A DNA stretch of 64,000 nucleotides from Alphaproteobacteria bacterium (GCA_017475605.1 JAFVFD010000005.1:217758-281757), one strand, 5' to 3'; positions 38,186-47,913 are shown, counted from the stretch's first letter. A program made the numbers and translations. The notes: generated by a model from the letters alone, not told the origin.

Positions 38186-39196
38186 ATGAAAGATAAAATC
38201 GATATTGTTTATTTATGGGTTGATGATACCGATGAAAATTGGCGCGCCGAAAAAGACAAATGGTTACAAAAAATAACAGGCCGCGTACCAATGGCGCGTG
38301 ATTCTGTGGCAACCGAACGATTCCGCGATAACGGCGAATTGCTGTATTCGTTTCGTTCCGTTGCGGAATGTGCGCCATGGGTAAATCATATTTATTTAAT
38401 CACTGGTTTTGGTCATGTACCAAAGTGGCTAAACACCAATCACCCAAAGATAACCATTGTTCCACATGAACAAATTATGCCCAAAAATGCATTGCCTACA
38501 TTTAATGCATCAGCAATAGATATGTGTATTCCGAACATTCCGGGGCTATCTGAACATTTTATTTTGATGAATGATGATACATTTTTTAATAAAAAATTAT
38601 CGCCATCATTTTTCTTTGACGCACGCGGTCGCGCCATGTTTCGCTATTCAAAAAATTCGTATGACGACAGTATTCCATTTGCGCAATGGAAATCAACCCT
38701 GGACGGATACACCCAGACATTGGCACTGTCCGCGAAATACATTGACGACATGTTTGGTAAAAAGATGTATAACATGCGCCCGTCGCACGGAATTGACCCA
38801 TATATAAAATCATCATGGATTGAATGCCGAAATCATCCAATGTTAAAAGAACAAATAGATTCACAAATTAAAAACAAATTCCGCACCAACGATGAAATTC
38901 AACGTTGGACAATGAACATGTATGATTATGTGATGGGACGTGCTGTATTTCAACACGCACGCGCGAAAAAACATGGTCGCCACAAAGTATTAAATGCGAT
39001 ATATAATTTTATTCACTGGTTTGAAATAAAAAAATCAAATGTATATGTTTCCAATGTTGTTGGCAAAGAACAGGTCCTTTTGTCTGCGCCTACATTTTGT
39101 ATAAATGATGGACCGGAAAACGACAACAACACACTGCGTAAAAATCGTGAATTTTTGGAAAAACGTTTCCCAAATAAATCTGAATTTGAAAAATAA
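38186..39196 (+). CDS. Stealth-family capsular polysaccharide hexose-1-phosphotransferase
   Basis: Stealth CR1 (IDIVYLWVDDTDENW) and CR2 (NGELLYSFRSVAECAPWVNHIYLITGFGHVPKWL) motifs, followed by further conserved regions. Confidence 0.7.
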   Translation: MKDKIDIVYLWVDDTDENWRAEKDKWLQKITGRVPMARDSVATERFRDNGELLYSFRSVAECAPWVNHIYLITGFGHVPKWLNTNHPKITIVPHEQIMPKNALPTFNASAIDMCIPNIPGLSEHFILMNDDTFFNKKLSPSFFFDARGRAMFRYSKNSYDDSIPFAQWKSTLDGYTQTLALSAKYIDDMFGKKMYNMRPSHGIDPYIKSSWIECRNHPMLKEQIDSQIKNKFRTNDEIQRWTMNMYDYVMGRAVFQHARAKKHGRHKVLNAIYNFIHWFEIKKSNVYVSNVVGKEQVLLSAPTFCINDGPENDNNTLRKNREFLEKRFPNKSEFEK

Positions 39197-39228
39197 AAAC
39201 CGCCCAAACGGGCGGTTTTTATTTTTCT
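39197..39228. terminator. Bidirectional rho-independent terminator
   Basis: aaaaaccgcccaaacgggcggtttttattttt. Confidence 0.6.
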
Positions 39229-40256
39229 GATTCCCCACACGCAAATCGTATAAGGTTATTCTTCATTTCACACCATTCGCATGTCGGGCATTCCAATGCT
39301 CCCGACCGAACCAGTTTCCGCATACAATCACGCGCACCTGCGATATCGGCATCGGTTTTCATATAGCGCACCTTGCGATAAGCCCAATTCACAAAATACC
39401 ACATAAAATTATCTGCCCACATTTTCATCTGATACGGTGTCGCCTTGTCGCGATATACTGCATAGGCCGTTTCAATTCCGACACACAAACTTTGCATAAT
39501 GCGCAACTGTTTTGCCGCCAACACAATACCATTAAAGTTCGGAATATAAAAATACAACGGCAACGGCATAATCGTAACACGTGGATTTTTCAACATAACC
39601 ACACTCCACCAGGGGAAATCTTCAAACAAAATACCCTTGATAAACGGAATGTCCGCAATCAGTTCGCGACGATACATATTTTTCCAAACCTGACAATGCT
39701 TAATCAGCCATTTGCGTTTTGGGTTAAACATGTTATGTGTGCGTTCGGTCGCATATTTATAAACATCATCTGTTATAAGTGTCTTTACATGTGCCGGGTT
39801 GTATTTTTTATGTAATCTGCGCGGCACAACATTATCAGTATCCAAATGTAAAAAATGCCGAACCATCAATTGCGGACGATATGCCCTGTCATATGTGAAC
39901 GACACAATATCGGAATCATCACGCATCGCCATATAATATGCCAATTCCATTGTTTGCGGATGAATAAAATCATCACTGTCCAGGTACATGATATATTTTC
40001 CAGTGGCAACCGGAAAACCCGCATTACGCGCATCCGACAGTCCACCGTTTTCCTTGTTTACAATCTTGAAACGCTTGTCCCGCGCCGCATATTCAGCCAA
40101 TATTTTATCAGAATTGTCTGGTGAACCATCGTTGACACAAATTGCTTCCCAGTCTGTAAAGGTCTGATTCAAAACACTGTCCAGACAACGACGCAAATAT
40201 TTTTCAACATTATATACCGGTATTATTATTGATATTGCTGGCATATATTCCCCCAT
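39219..40256 (-). CDS. Glycosyltransferase family 2
   Basis: ISIIIPVYNVEKYLRRCLDSVLNQTF...NDGSPDNS plus a DSDD motif, a classic GT2 N-terminus. Confidence 0.8.
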   Translation of the reverse strand: MGEYMPAISIIIPVYNVEKYLRRCLDSVLNQTFTDWEAICVNDGSPDNSDKILAEYAARDKRFKIVNKENGGLSDARNAGFPVATGKYIMYLDSDDFIHPQTMELAYYMAMRDDSDIVSFTYDRAYRPQLMVRHFLHLDTDNVVPRRLHKKYNPAHVKTLITDDVYKYATERTHNMFNPKRKWLIKHCQVWKNMYRRELIADIPFIKGILFEDFPWWSVVMLKNPRVTIMPLPLYFYIPNFNGIVLAAKQLRIMQSLCVGIETAYAVYRDKATPYQMKMWADNFMWYFVNWAYRKVRYMKTDADIAGARDCMRKLVRSGALECPTCEWCEMKNNLIRFACGESEK

Positions 40257-40259
40257 GTT

Positions 40260-41174
40260 TTATTTATACATTTTGTTAATCATAACATCCGCGAAAGAAT
40301 CTGGAATTGGGTTTTCTGTTCCACGATAAGTCGTTTTCTGGAAAAACGAATCCGCCGTCAATTTATCAAAAAGTTTTTTATCAAACGGCTTGTTCTGATA
40401 TTCCCACCACAACACATGGGTTGGGTCTTGGTCTACATGGGGCATTTTAGCAAAATATTTCTTTGCACGCGCATCGTTTTCAACCAAGGTTTTAAATAAT
40501 AATTGGTGCATAAAATAATCAAATGTATGATTTTCGTGCATCCAGTAATCAAGTATCATCGCACGCCATGCGGCCAATAAATACGCACCTTTGCGCGCGC
40601 GGATAAAGCAGTTTTGCATAAAACTGTACGGGCTGCCCCCGATGTTGTAATTATGCCCCGCCAAATACACAAAGAAATCTTCATCACTTATCCACTTTGG
40701 AATCGGTGCCGTTACAAATCCGGTTGCATCCAACCAATAACCGCCATATCGATATAACAATTCCACGCGGCAAATGTCGGCAAAGTGCGCATGACCGATT
40801 TTACCATCGCGATACTTTTTTACAATTTCATCTGGCAAATCAATATAGTCAAATATTGTATCTGCGTCCAATATAACCAATTCTTGTTTACAATGTTTAC
40901 GCACACTTCTGAAACAGGCCTTGACTATCTTTGGCGCATGCGCCTCGCCCTGAAGCCAGATTGTCCAAATCTTGTCATTTTTATCATTGTTCACAACAGG
41001 TTCTTCAACCACTGCGGCTGCGGCAGGCAAATACCGTTTGAAATATTTTGTTGCGACCTTGGCTGTATAGTCGGTACGCACACGACGACGATGCGAACGT
41101 TCCCGCCATGGCCAATTTAATATGTGTCCACGAATAACAATCTTTGTTAATGCCCACATGCGTGCGATTTTCAT
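40260..41174 (-). CDS. Capsular polysaccharide synthesis protein (Caps_synth / DXD-type glycosyltransferase)
   Basis: IWTIWLQGEAHAPKIVKACFRSVRKHC...LDADTI region matches the PF05704-like DXD sugar-binding pattern. Confidence 0.55.
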   Translation of the reverse strand: MKIARMWALTKIVIRGHILNWPWRERSHRRRVRTDYTAKVATKYFKRYLPAAAAVVEEPVVNNDKNDKIWTIWLQGEAHAPKIVKACFRSVRKHCKQELVILDADTIFDYIDLPDEIVKKYRDGKIGHAHFADICRVELLYRYGGYWLDATGFVTAPIPKWISDEDFFVYLAGHNYNIGGSPYSFMQNCFIRARKGAYLLAAWRAMILDYWMHENHTFDYFMHQLLFKTLVENDARAKKYFAKMPHVDQDPTHVLWWEYQNKPFDKKLFDKLTADSFFQKTTYRGTENPIPDSFADVMINKMYK

Positions 41175-41195
41175 CTTTCCTCCTTTTTATACGAA

Positions 41196-41222
41196 CAAGG
41201 GACAGGCACCGCCTGTCCCACT
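41196..41222 (-). terminator. Intrinsic terminator downstream of recA
   Basis: gggacaggcggtgcctgtccc perfect stem followed by a T-run on the minus strand. Confidence 0.6.
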
Positions 41223-41225
41223 ATT

Positions 41226-42299
41226 TTATTCTGCGGTGTCCGCAATATCTTCTTCTGCGGGTCCCGTTGTCATTTCTTCGGCAATCCCAGATGCCCGCGC
41301 CATAATTTTATCCAGCAATTCTTGTTGCGCTTCTGGGTGGTCTTTCAACCATTGGCGTGCGTTCGCTTCGCCCTGGCCTATTCTTTCATTATTATAGGAA
41401 TAGAACGACCCTGCCTTTTCAATAAAGTCATATTTTACACCCATATCCAGTATTTCACTTATACGGGAAATACCTTCGCCATACATGATTTTGAAATCAA
41501 CGGTACGGAATGGTGGTGCGACTTTATTTTTTACAATCTTTACACGCGTTTCATTACCGATAACATTTTCTTTATCCTTAATTGCACCAGTACGACGAAT
41601 ATCCAAACGCACCGACGCATAGAACTTTAACGCATTACCACCCGATGTTGTTTCAGGATTCCCAAACATAACACCAATTTTCATACGAATCTGGTTAATG
41701 AAAATAAGTAATGTATTGCTGCGCGATACAGAACCGGCCAGTTTTTTCAAACTCTGACTCATCAAACGGGCGGTTGTCCCCATAAAAGTATCACCGATAT
41801 TGCCTTCTAATTCAGCCTTGGGTACCAATGCCGCAACAGAATCAACAACCACAACATCAACCGCACCTGATTTAATAAGTGTGTCCGCAATTTCCAATGC
41901 CTGTTCACCGGAATCAGGTTGTGAAATAATCAATTCAGAAACATTAACACCCAATTTCTTTGCGTATGATGGGTCCAGCGCATTTTCAGCATCGATATAT
42001 GCACATGTACCGCCTTTCTTTTGTGCCTCGGCCACAGCATGCAACGCCAATGTTGTTTTACCAGAACTTTCCGGACCATAGATTTCAACAATACGGCCAC
42101 GTGGATAACCACCAATTCCCAATGCAATATCCAGCCCCAACGAACCAGATGATATTGCCTCTATATTCTGTTGTGAACCATCACCCATTTTCATGATGGC
42201 TTCTTTACCAAATTGTTTTTGAATTTGGGCCAGCGCAGATTCCAAAGCCGGATTTTTTGCCGGTGTCGCGCTTTCCTTTGCTACTTCTTTTTTTGCCAT
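41226..42299 (-). CDS. recA: Recombinase RecA
   Basis: Walker [11 protein letters not shown]1/L2 loops, and a very high-identity RecA-like sequence over 357 aa. Confidence 0.95.
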   Translation of the reverse strand: MAKKEVAKESATPAKNPALESALAQIQKQFGKEAIMKMGDGSQQNIEAISSGSLGLDIALGIGGYPRGRIVEIYGPESSGKTTLALHAVAEAQKKGGTCAYIDAENALDPSYAKKLGVNVSELIISQPDSGEQALEIADTLIKSGAVDVVVVDSVAALVPKAELEGNIGDTFMGTTARLMSQSLKKLAGSVSRSNTLLIFINQIRMKIGVMFGNPETTSGGNALKFYASVRLDIRRTGAIKDKENVIGNETRVKIVKNKVAPPFRTVDFKIMYGEGISRISEILDMGVKYDFIEKAGSFYSYNNERIGQGEANARQWLKDHPEAQQELLDKIMARASGIAEEMTTGPAEEDIADTAE

Positions 42300-42360
42300 T
42301 AAATTCCCCTTTGCTTGATACTGAAATCATACAAAGAAAACGGCCCCCACGCAACAGATT

Positions 42361-43548
42361 TTATTTGTGTGGGGTTATAATAATTCCAACCGCCAATGCG
42401 CCCATCACCGCGGTTACAAACCATACAGAAGTCGTGGCCCCAAAGAAAGTAATACACGCCGCCGCCAATACCGGCATTATCACATTCGGCATATTTACAC
42501 TTGTTCGAAAGACACCGTAAAATCGTGTTCGTTGGGCAGGTTTAGTATTATCAAAGAACAACAAATCGTGTACAGGTTCCATTAATGCGCCCGATATTTG
42601 CCACAACACGAATATAGCCAACAACGGATATCCCGTTACCAACGTCGCCGCCGCCGACAACCCGGCGAACGATCCAAATCCCAAAATCAACCATATATTT
42701 GTACCATATTTTCGTACCGCACGCGCCATAAGTTCGCTTAATATCAAATATGGTATAATACCAATCGTCAAAACCCACCCCAAGACATCTTTGCTAAAAC
42801 CTGCTTCTATTACAACAATTGGCACATAAAGCAATCGCACCGCACGCAACGAATAATACCCAAAGTTAATCAGATATGCCCGCAACATACCCGGGGTGGC
42901 AAAAAAGGCACGTGTGTTTTTCCACAACGCACGAAATGTCCGACGCGGATTTACAGGCTTTATCTGTTTATCGGGCTGAACAATATGGAAACATTTAAAG
43001 AACAACCATGCCAACATATATATGATTGATGAAGCCATAAATGCCGACCTGTTTCCCCACATGCTGGCAATTGTTACCGCAACCAATGGCGCAAACAGCG
43101 CACCTATATTAAGCCACAAATGATAACGCGAATTAAGTCGCGCCATACCAACATTTCCCGCAAAGTCCGACATAAAAAGCGGTATTAACATCGCACTTAA
43201 AGTAATCGCGATACCCGTTGTAAAATCAAGTGTAATAAATGTTCGCGGCAGAATAGAAAAACTCATCATCGCGTATCCAGCGGCCAGCATAAGCAAAACA
43301 AAGTAAAACACACGCACCTTGGAAAAACGACGGAAAATCTCGTTCGCGAAAAGCCCCACAAACATACAAAACGCGGAATACAGCGCAACATAAAGTCCAA
43401 CCACCGCACTTGAACGGAATATATCCAAAATAACCAGCGCATAAACCGCATTATAAATACCATCGGCAAACCCAGTAAAAATCCCCAGGTTTGCGAATGA
43501 AAAACCACTTACATATTTGCTGAACGAAATATACTTGTCCCCTGCCAT
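42361..43548 (-). CDS. MFS-type transporter
   Basis: Twelve predicted TM helices with MFS loop motifs. Confidence 0.7.
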   Translation of the reverse strand: MAGDKYISFSKYVSGFSFANLGIFTGFADGIYNAVYALVILDIFRSSAVVGLYVALYSAFCMFVGLFANEIFRRFSKVRVFYFVLLMLAAGYAMMSFSILPRTFITLDFTTGIAITLSAMLIPLFMSDFAGNVGMARLNSRYHLWLNIGALFAPLVAVTIASMWGNRSAFMASSIIYMLAWLFFKCFHIVQPDKQIKPVNPRRTFRALWKNTRAFFATPGMLRAYLINFGYYSLRAVRLLYVPIVVIEAGFSKDVLGWVLTIGIIPYLILSELMARAVRKYGTNIWLILGFGSFAGLSAAATLVTGYPLLAIFVLWQISGALMEPVHDLLFFDNTKPAQRTRFYGVFRTSVNMPNVIMPVLAAACITFFGATTSVWFVTAVMGALAVGIIITPHK

Positions 43549-43593
43549 AAAACTCTCTCCGTATTTTATGTATTATATCATAAAAAGTCGAAA

Positions 43594-43625
43594 AATAAAA
43601 CCGCCCAAAAGGACGGTTTTATAAA
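43594..43625 (-). terminator. Intrinsic terminator downstream of secB
   Basis: aaaccgtccttttgggcggttttatttttcgac on the minus strand: hairpin followed by a T-run. Confidence 0.5.
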
Positions 43626-43640
43626 AATATATTCCAAATA

Positions 43641-44093
43641 TTATTTTGCGGAATCTGCCTGGGCTTCCTTCTTTGCGTTGCGTTGTGCATACAATTGCGC
43701 AAAATCAACCGGCTGCATCGCAAATGGTGCCATGCCAGATTCACTTGTTACGCGGGTAATAAGTGCGCGTACCGCCGGGAACAACAATGTCGGCACATCA
43801 ATCAACAATGTGCGTCTTTTGGCTTCTTCGTCTTTTTCTTCTTCCATCTGGACCAAACCTGAATATGTTGATTCAATCAAGAACACTGTTTTATCATTTG
43901 CGTCTAATTTTGAATGTACCTTGGTAATCAAATCGACCAAGAACAAATTGTTTTCAGAACCCTTGATCTGAATATCCAAGTTGATTTCTAATTTAGCCTG
44001 GGTATTGTCCTGTTTGAAAAACAATTCTGGCACATTTGGGTTTTCAAATGAAAAGTCCTTCAGGAATTGAGAAATAATATTAAATTTAGCCAT
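43641..44093 (-). CDS. secB: Protein-export chaperone SecB
   Basis: 150 aa; MAKFNIISQFLKDFSFENPNVP... typical SecB N-terminus with an acidic C-terminal tail. Confidence 0.85.
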   Translation of the reverse strand: MAKFNIISQFLKDFSFENPNVPELFFKQDNTQAKLEINLDIQIKGSENNLFLVDLITKVHSKLDANDKTVFLIESTYSGLVQMEEEKDEEAKRRTLLIDVPTLLFPAVRALITRVTSESGMAPFAMQPVDFAQLYAQRNAKKEAQADSAK

Positions 44094-44151
44094 CGCGATT
44101 GCTCCTTTTTTTGCGCGTCAATTTGTGATAAAGTATATATAGCATCTATTT

Positions 44152-45276
44152 TTGTGTTTTACAAGTGGGGGGATGAAAAAAATGGGAAAAATCTTGTCTG
44201 TACTGTTTAGGGTTGGGCTGTGCGCATTTATATTAACATCATGCGATTTATCGACCCCAACACATACCGGCGACGATTCCGTTGCGCCCGCGGGAAACCT
44301 TAAAAAAGTATCGTATTCTGAATTACCCGGCTGGCGCGATGACGATGTGCGCTATGCGTTACAGGCTTTTCGTAATTCCTGTCGGGCCAAGATTCAATAT
44401 ACCGGCCGCGTAATTCCCGACCGCGCATTGTTCGCGGAAAAATGCCAAATGTTGCCGTCCGCATCGGCGGATTTGCCAACTGTGCGCGCATGGTTTGAAT
44501 CAAACTTTCAACCGTACAAGGTATATAATGATGACGGCACCGATCGCGGTACATACACCGGCTATTATTCCCCTATTATTCGCGGTTGCCGAACCAAGAC
44601 GGCTGAATGTAACGAACCGTTAATGGGGGTCCCAACCGACGGCCGTAATTACAAGGGTGTTGAAAAAAAGAAAATTGTTGAACAAAAAATCGGCCGCGTG
44701 CTTTATTGGGCCAACATTGTCGATGTCCAAAACATCCAGATTCAGGGTTCCGGTATGTTACAACTGGACGACGGGAAAATGGTAAAACTTAACTTTGCCG
44801 CCGTAAATGATATGCCGTTTAAATCTATTGGCGAAGAACTGCGCCGTCGCGGCATTCGGCCCGATGGGGGCTATTCCGCCGATGCGGTTTGGACACATTT
44901 AAAAAAGAATCCGAAACTGGCACGTGATGTGATTTATAAAAACCCGCGTTATGTCTATTTCTATGAATCTGTACCACCAGATGTAATTGGTAAACTGGGC
45001 ACGCCATTGTCCAAGATTCGTTCTATTGCCATGGACGACAGTATATATACCCTTGGTATGCCGGTCTATATATCAACCAACCTTTCGGACGGGCGCAAAT
45101 TCCGAAGACTGATGATTGCCCAGGATACCGGTTCTGCAATTCGTGGCTGGATACGCGCAGACATATTCTTTGGCAAGGGCGACGATGCATATAAATATGC
45201 CCATGGCCAGCACGCAAAGGGTGAAATGTTTATCTTAATGCCGCGGGAATACACCTATGTCAAACCAAGTAAGTAA
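44152..45276 (+). CDS. mltA: Membrane-bound lytic murein transglycosylase A
   Basis: Lipoprotein signal and MltA/3D-domain motifs (YYSPII, DTGSAIRG, GEMFILMPR). Confidence 0.85.
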   Translation: MCFTSGGMKKMGKILSVLFRVGLCAFILTSCDLSTPTHTGDDSVAPAGNLKKVSYSELPGWRDDDVRYALQAFRNSCRAKIQYTGRVIPDRALFAEKCQMLPSASADLPTVRAWFESNFQPYKVYNDDGTDRGTYTGYYSPIIRGCRTKTAECNEPLMGVPTDGRNYKGVEKKKIVEQKIGRVLYWANIVDVQNIQIQGSGMLQLDDGKMVKLNFAAVNDMPFKSIGEELRRRGIRPDGGYSADAVWTHLKKNPKLARDVIYKNPRYVYFYESVPPDVIGKLGTPLSKIRSIAMDDSIYTLGMPVYISTNLSDGRKFRRLMIAQDTGSAIRGWIRADIFFGKGDDAYKYAHGQHAKGEMFILMPREYTYVKPSK

Positions 45277-45286
45277 TAAAAAGAAA

Positions 45287-45595
45287 ATGGAAAATCGCAC
45301 CGCACACCCACACACCCTGGCGGGCGCGATTGGTGGTCTTTTTAATATTTTTGGTGTGCGCGCATCGGACGCGGACCTGAACGCGCGTTGGTCGGAAATT
45401 ATGGGACCGGATATTGGTGGCATATCGACATTGGCGGCAATCAAAAAAACACCAAACGGAAAGTTTAATATTGCGGTGCGCCCAATAAACCCCGCATTTG
45501 CGTTACAACTTTCTTATCAATCGGCGGAAATCGCAAATCGCGTAAATAAATACTTTGGCTTTGACGCGGTAAACAAGGTTACATTTAGAAAATGA
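45287..45595 (+). CDS. DUF721 (DciA-like) protein
   Basis: LNARWSEIMGPDIGGIS...GKFNIAVRPINPAFALQLSYQSAEIANRVNKYFGFDAVNKVTFRK fits the DUF721 pattern. It lies immediately upstream of ruvC. Confidence 0.6.
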   Translation: MENRTAHPHTLAGAIGGLFNIFGVRASDADLNARWSEIMGPDIGGISTLAAIKKTPNGKFNIAVRPINPAFALQLSYQSAEIANRVNKYFGFDAVNKVTFRK

Positions 45596-46080
45596 CACGA
45601 ATATTGGGAATTGATCCAGGACTTTTACATACTGGTTGGGCGGTGATTGATACTGCTGGGTCATCACGCACCTATGTTGCATCGGGGGTAATTTTACCAA
45701 AAACATCGGGGACCCTGCCCGAACGACTGGCAATTATTTTTAATCGGGTTTCCGAATTGGTTGAAACGTTTAGCCCGGACGAATGCAGCATTGAAATTAC
45801 ATTTGTAAACATGAACCCAAAAACAACACTTATTCTGGGGCATGCGCGCGCGGCGGCAATCGTCGCAATATCAACGCGCGATATTCCGGTTTATGAATAC
45901 GAACCAAATAAAATTAAAAAGGCACTTACCGGCGCGGGCCACGCGGACAAAAGCGCGATTGATAAAATGGTGAAAATCTTGCTGCCCGCGGCGCACCCCA
46001 AAACGCCGGACGAGGCAGACGCAATCGCAATCGCCCTTGCCCACAGCAATATGAGTGCATTGGAACGGTTGGTGAAATAG
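45592..46080 (+). CDS. ruvC: Holliday junction resolvase RuvC
   Basis: MTRILGIDPGL..GWAV (catalytic Asp7) and the conserved E, D, D residues over 162 aa. Confidence 0.9.
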   Translation: MTRILGIDPGLLHTGWAVIDTAGSSRTYVASGVILPKTSGTLPERLAIIFNRVSELVETFSPDECSIEITFVNMNPKTTLILGHARAAAIVAISTRDIPVYEYEPNKIKKALTGAGHADKSAIDKMVKILLPAAHPKTPDEADAIAIALAHSNMSALERLVK

Positions 46081-46113
46081 TTGCTGGTGCGAGTTGAGAG
46101 TTATAGGTATTGC

Positions 46114-46767
46114 TTAACGCTTCGCACCCTTTTTCAACAATTTTAAATATTCTTCTGTAAATACGTCTATTGTTTCATCCGTATCGTCTGATGTCCAATA
46201 CTTATTCCTTATTTTCCCAATATATTCTTTGTCATGATAAAACTCTATATCCGTTAAATAATTTTCTTTTATACACGGATAGCGATGAGTATTATATATT
46301 GGAATACTATTTACATAGGTGTTTGATGTCCCAGAATAAGATCCATATGCAGAAGTACCTATACGTGTCGCAGAACCATAGCCAGACGAATATGTTGTAC
46401 TACCTGTATAAACAGATCCTGCGTATACACTTTCTGTACAAATACCGGGATAGATAATCCCTGATACTTTGATTTTTCTAGACAGGGATACGGGTTTTTC
46501 ACAAGAATCATTCACAAAAGCATAATCATAATTTCTTTTGGTTTTTGTAACAGAATCCGCAGAATACCCCTCTTCTCCTAAAAATGGATTCAGATCCAAT
46601 TTTTCCGTTCCTTTTTCATATGTTGTACTATCATTATCTATAACAAGACAAACTTCCTTACTTTGCAAACGATCATCCAAAACGTGTGTATTTTCATACG
46701 TGTATAATGGCACCTCTTTGGCACAGGCGCTTAATAACACCATTAACATATATCTTTTTTTAAACAT
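46114..46767 (-). CDS. Hypothetical lipoprotein with Tyr/Ser/Gly-rich low-complexity region
   Basis: Lipobox LLSAC near the N-terminus and a YAGSVYTGSTTYSSGYGSATRIGTSAYGSYSGTS tract. AT-rich codon usage. Confidence 0.5.
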   Translation of the reverse strand: MFKKRYMLMVLLSACAKEVPLYTYENTHVLDDRLQSKEVCLVIDNDSTTYEKGTEKLDLNPFLGEEGYSADSVTKTKRNYDYAFVNDSCEKPVSLSRKIKVSGIIYPGICTESVYAGSVYTGSTTYSSGYGSATRIGTSAYGSYSGTSNTYVNSIPIYNTHRYPCIKENYLTDIEFYHDKEYIGKIRNKYWTSDDTDETIDVFTEEYLKLLKKGAKR

Positions 46768-46776
46768 TTCTCTCTC

Positions 46777-47475
46777 CTAGAATGAATACCTTAACCCCAA
46801 TTCAAGAGTAAGAATAAAATCAACCGTTTCGTTATCTGGTATAAAATATTTAGTATCAAATGTTATACCCAGCCCATTATCAAATTGGCTTAAAGTTCCA
46901 AGTGTTAAAATGACCGTGTTGCCTTTATCTTCTGCATCTGTATTAAAATCTGATATTTCATATTTTGAATTTATTTTTCCATATCCTATTCCAACAGTGA
47001 AAAAGCTATTGCCGTTTTGCCAATTAGTAAATTTTATATAATTGTCAAAAATTGCTCCGTAAATCGTATGTGCTATGTCTAAATTAAATGTATATGTGTT
47101 ATACCATGGATCATAATATGTATAATCATATTCTCCGGCATTATACAATTTTTCAAAAACAAATTTTATGCCGGGATGATATATGTATTTATCTTTACGA
47201 AACCTAACACCAGCGTCTATTCCCCAACCATATCCAAAAACATCATTGTACAAATCATATTCGGAATATAATGGAAAGTTCCCATTTATGCTAGCTCCGA
47301 TAAAAAAGTGATAATCTTTATTTTGTTTCTGTATATGTATTTCTTCACTATCACCTATTTCAATCCCAGAATCGTCATGTACATTTATTGTTTTTTGATT
47401 AATTTTTATTGATTCTGCAATGACTGGATTAAACAATATAAAAGAAGCAGCCACATATAACAAACTCTTTTTCAT
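46777..47475 (-). CDS. Outer-membrane beta-barrel protein (OmpA-like beta-barrel / OMP_b-brl family)
   Basis: Signal peptide MKKSLLYVAASFILFNPVIA, alternating aromatic beta-strands, C-terminal ..LELGLRYSF. Very AT-rich, with an AAGGAG RBS. Confidence 0.55.
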   Translation of the reverse strand: MKKSLLYVAASFILFNPVIAESIKINQKTINVHDDSGIEIGDSEEIHIQKQNKDYHFFIGASINGNFPLYSEYDLYNDVFGYGWGIDAGVRFRKDKYIYHPGIKFVFEKLYNAGEYDYTYYDPWYNTYTFNLDIAHTIYGAIFDNYIKFTNWQNGNSFFTVGIGYGKINSKYEISDFNTDAEDKGNTVILTLGTLSQFDNGLGITFDTKYFIPDNETVDFILTLELGLRYSF

Positions 47476-47514
47476 ATAAGTCTCCTTTTGTTTTTATAAT
47501 ATCATTTTTTTCAT

Positions 47515-47705
47515 AAAAAACAACCGCTCCAATAAGAGCGGTCGGGGCGTTAGAACAGGCAAGTTTGTGAATGCCCCCACATAAGTGGCACCCCGACCAT
47601 AAAAGCCAGGGTATGGCACAAAAGCGCCATAAGCGGATTACGACACTTTTGTGCCGCACAAACTTGGGATGTTCTAAGTCCCGAACCCAATTCCCATTGG
47701 ATTCA
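47515..47705 (-). ncRNA. Candidate structured RNA (sRNA or cis-regulatory leader), about 190 nt
   Basis: Minus strand carries a TATAAT box at 47712-47717. The transcript has a long imperfect closing helix (gggttcgggacttagaacatcccaagtttgtg pairs with cacaaacttgcctgttctaacgccccgacc), an internal 10-bp hairpin (ggcacaaaag/cttttgtgcc), a ccac/gtgg hairpin, and ends in an intrinsic terminator. Confidence 0.4.
47519..47550 (-). terminator. Intrinsic terminator at the 3' end of the structured RNA
   Basis: Minus strand ccgaccgctcttattggagcggttgtttttt: hairpin followed by a T-run, about 40 nt upstream of the OMP start codon. Confidence 0.55.
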
Positions 47706-47760
47706 ATTCGTATTATATCATATAAAACACAAAAAAGAATATATTTTGTTTTATTCGTAT

Positions 47761-47865
47761 TTTGTCATTGCGAGGGAGTGAAACGACCGCGGCAATCCAG
47801 CAATACACTTATGCACGTATCATCGTTGCAACATATTTACTGGATTGCTTCGCGTATGCTCGCAA
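47761..47865. repeat. Nested inverted-repeat element (about 105 bp; 14-bp perfect terminal inverted repeats)
   Basis: tttgtcattgcgag ... ctcgcaatgacaaa outer pair and inner 9-bp gcaatccag/ctggattgc pair. Non-coding, between the structured-RNA promoter and the yebC terminator. Confidence 0.4.
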
Positions 47866-47872
47866 TGACAAA

Positions 47873-47900
47873 CAAAAAACCGCCCGAACGGGCGGTTTAC
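47873..47900. terminator. Bidirectional rho-independent terminator (yebC)
   Basis: aaaaaaccgcccgaacgggcggttt. Confidence 0.6.
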
Positions 47901-47913
47901 TAACCACTCTTCA

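Larger units (their letters stand above)
35241..41174. other. Polysaccharide/capsule biosynthesis locus (6 genes) inserted between typA and recA
   Basis: Six consecutive glycosyltransferase or phosphotransferase genes with AT-rich codon usage and no Wzx/Wzy/Wza genes. The block is bounded by intrinsic terminators. Confidence 0.6.

Noticed and set aside
47560-47700. Known riboswitch classes (cobalamin, TPP, glycine, SAM-II) for the structured RNA
   Set aside because: No GCCACTG B12 box, no CTGAGA/ACCTGA TPP core, and no glycine or SAM-II signatures were visible. It is left as an unclassified structured RNA.
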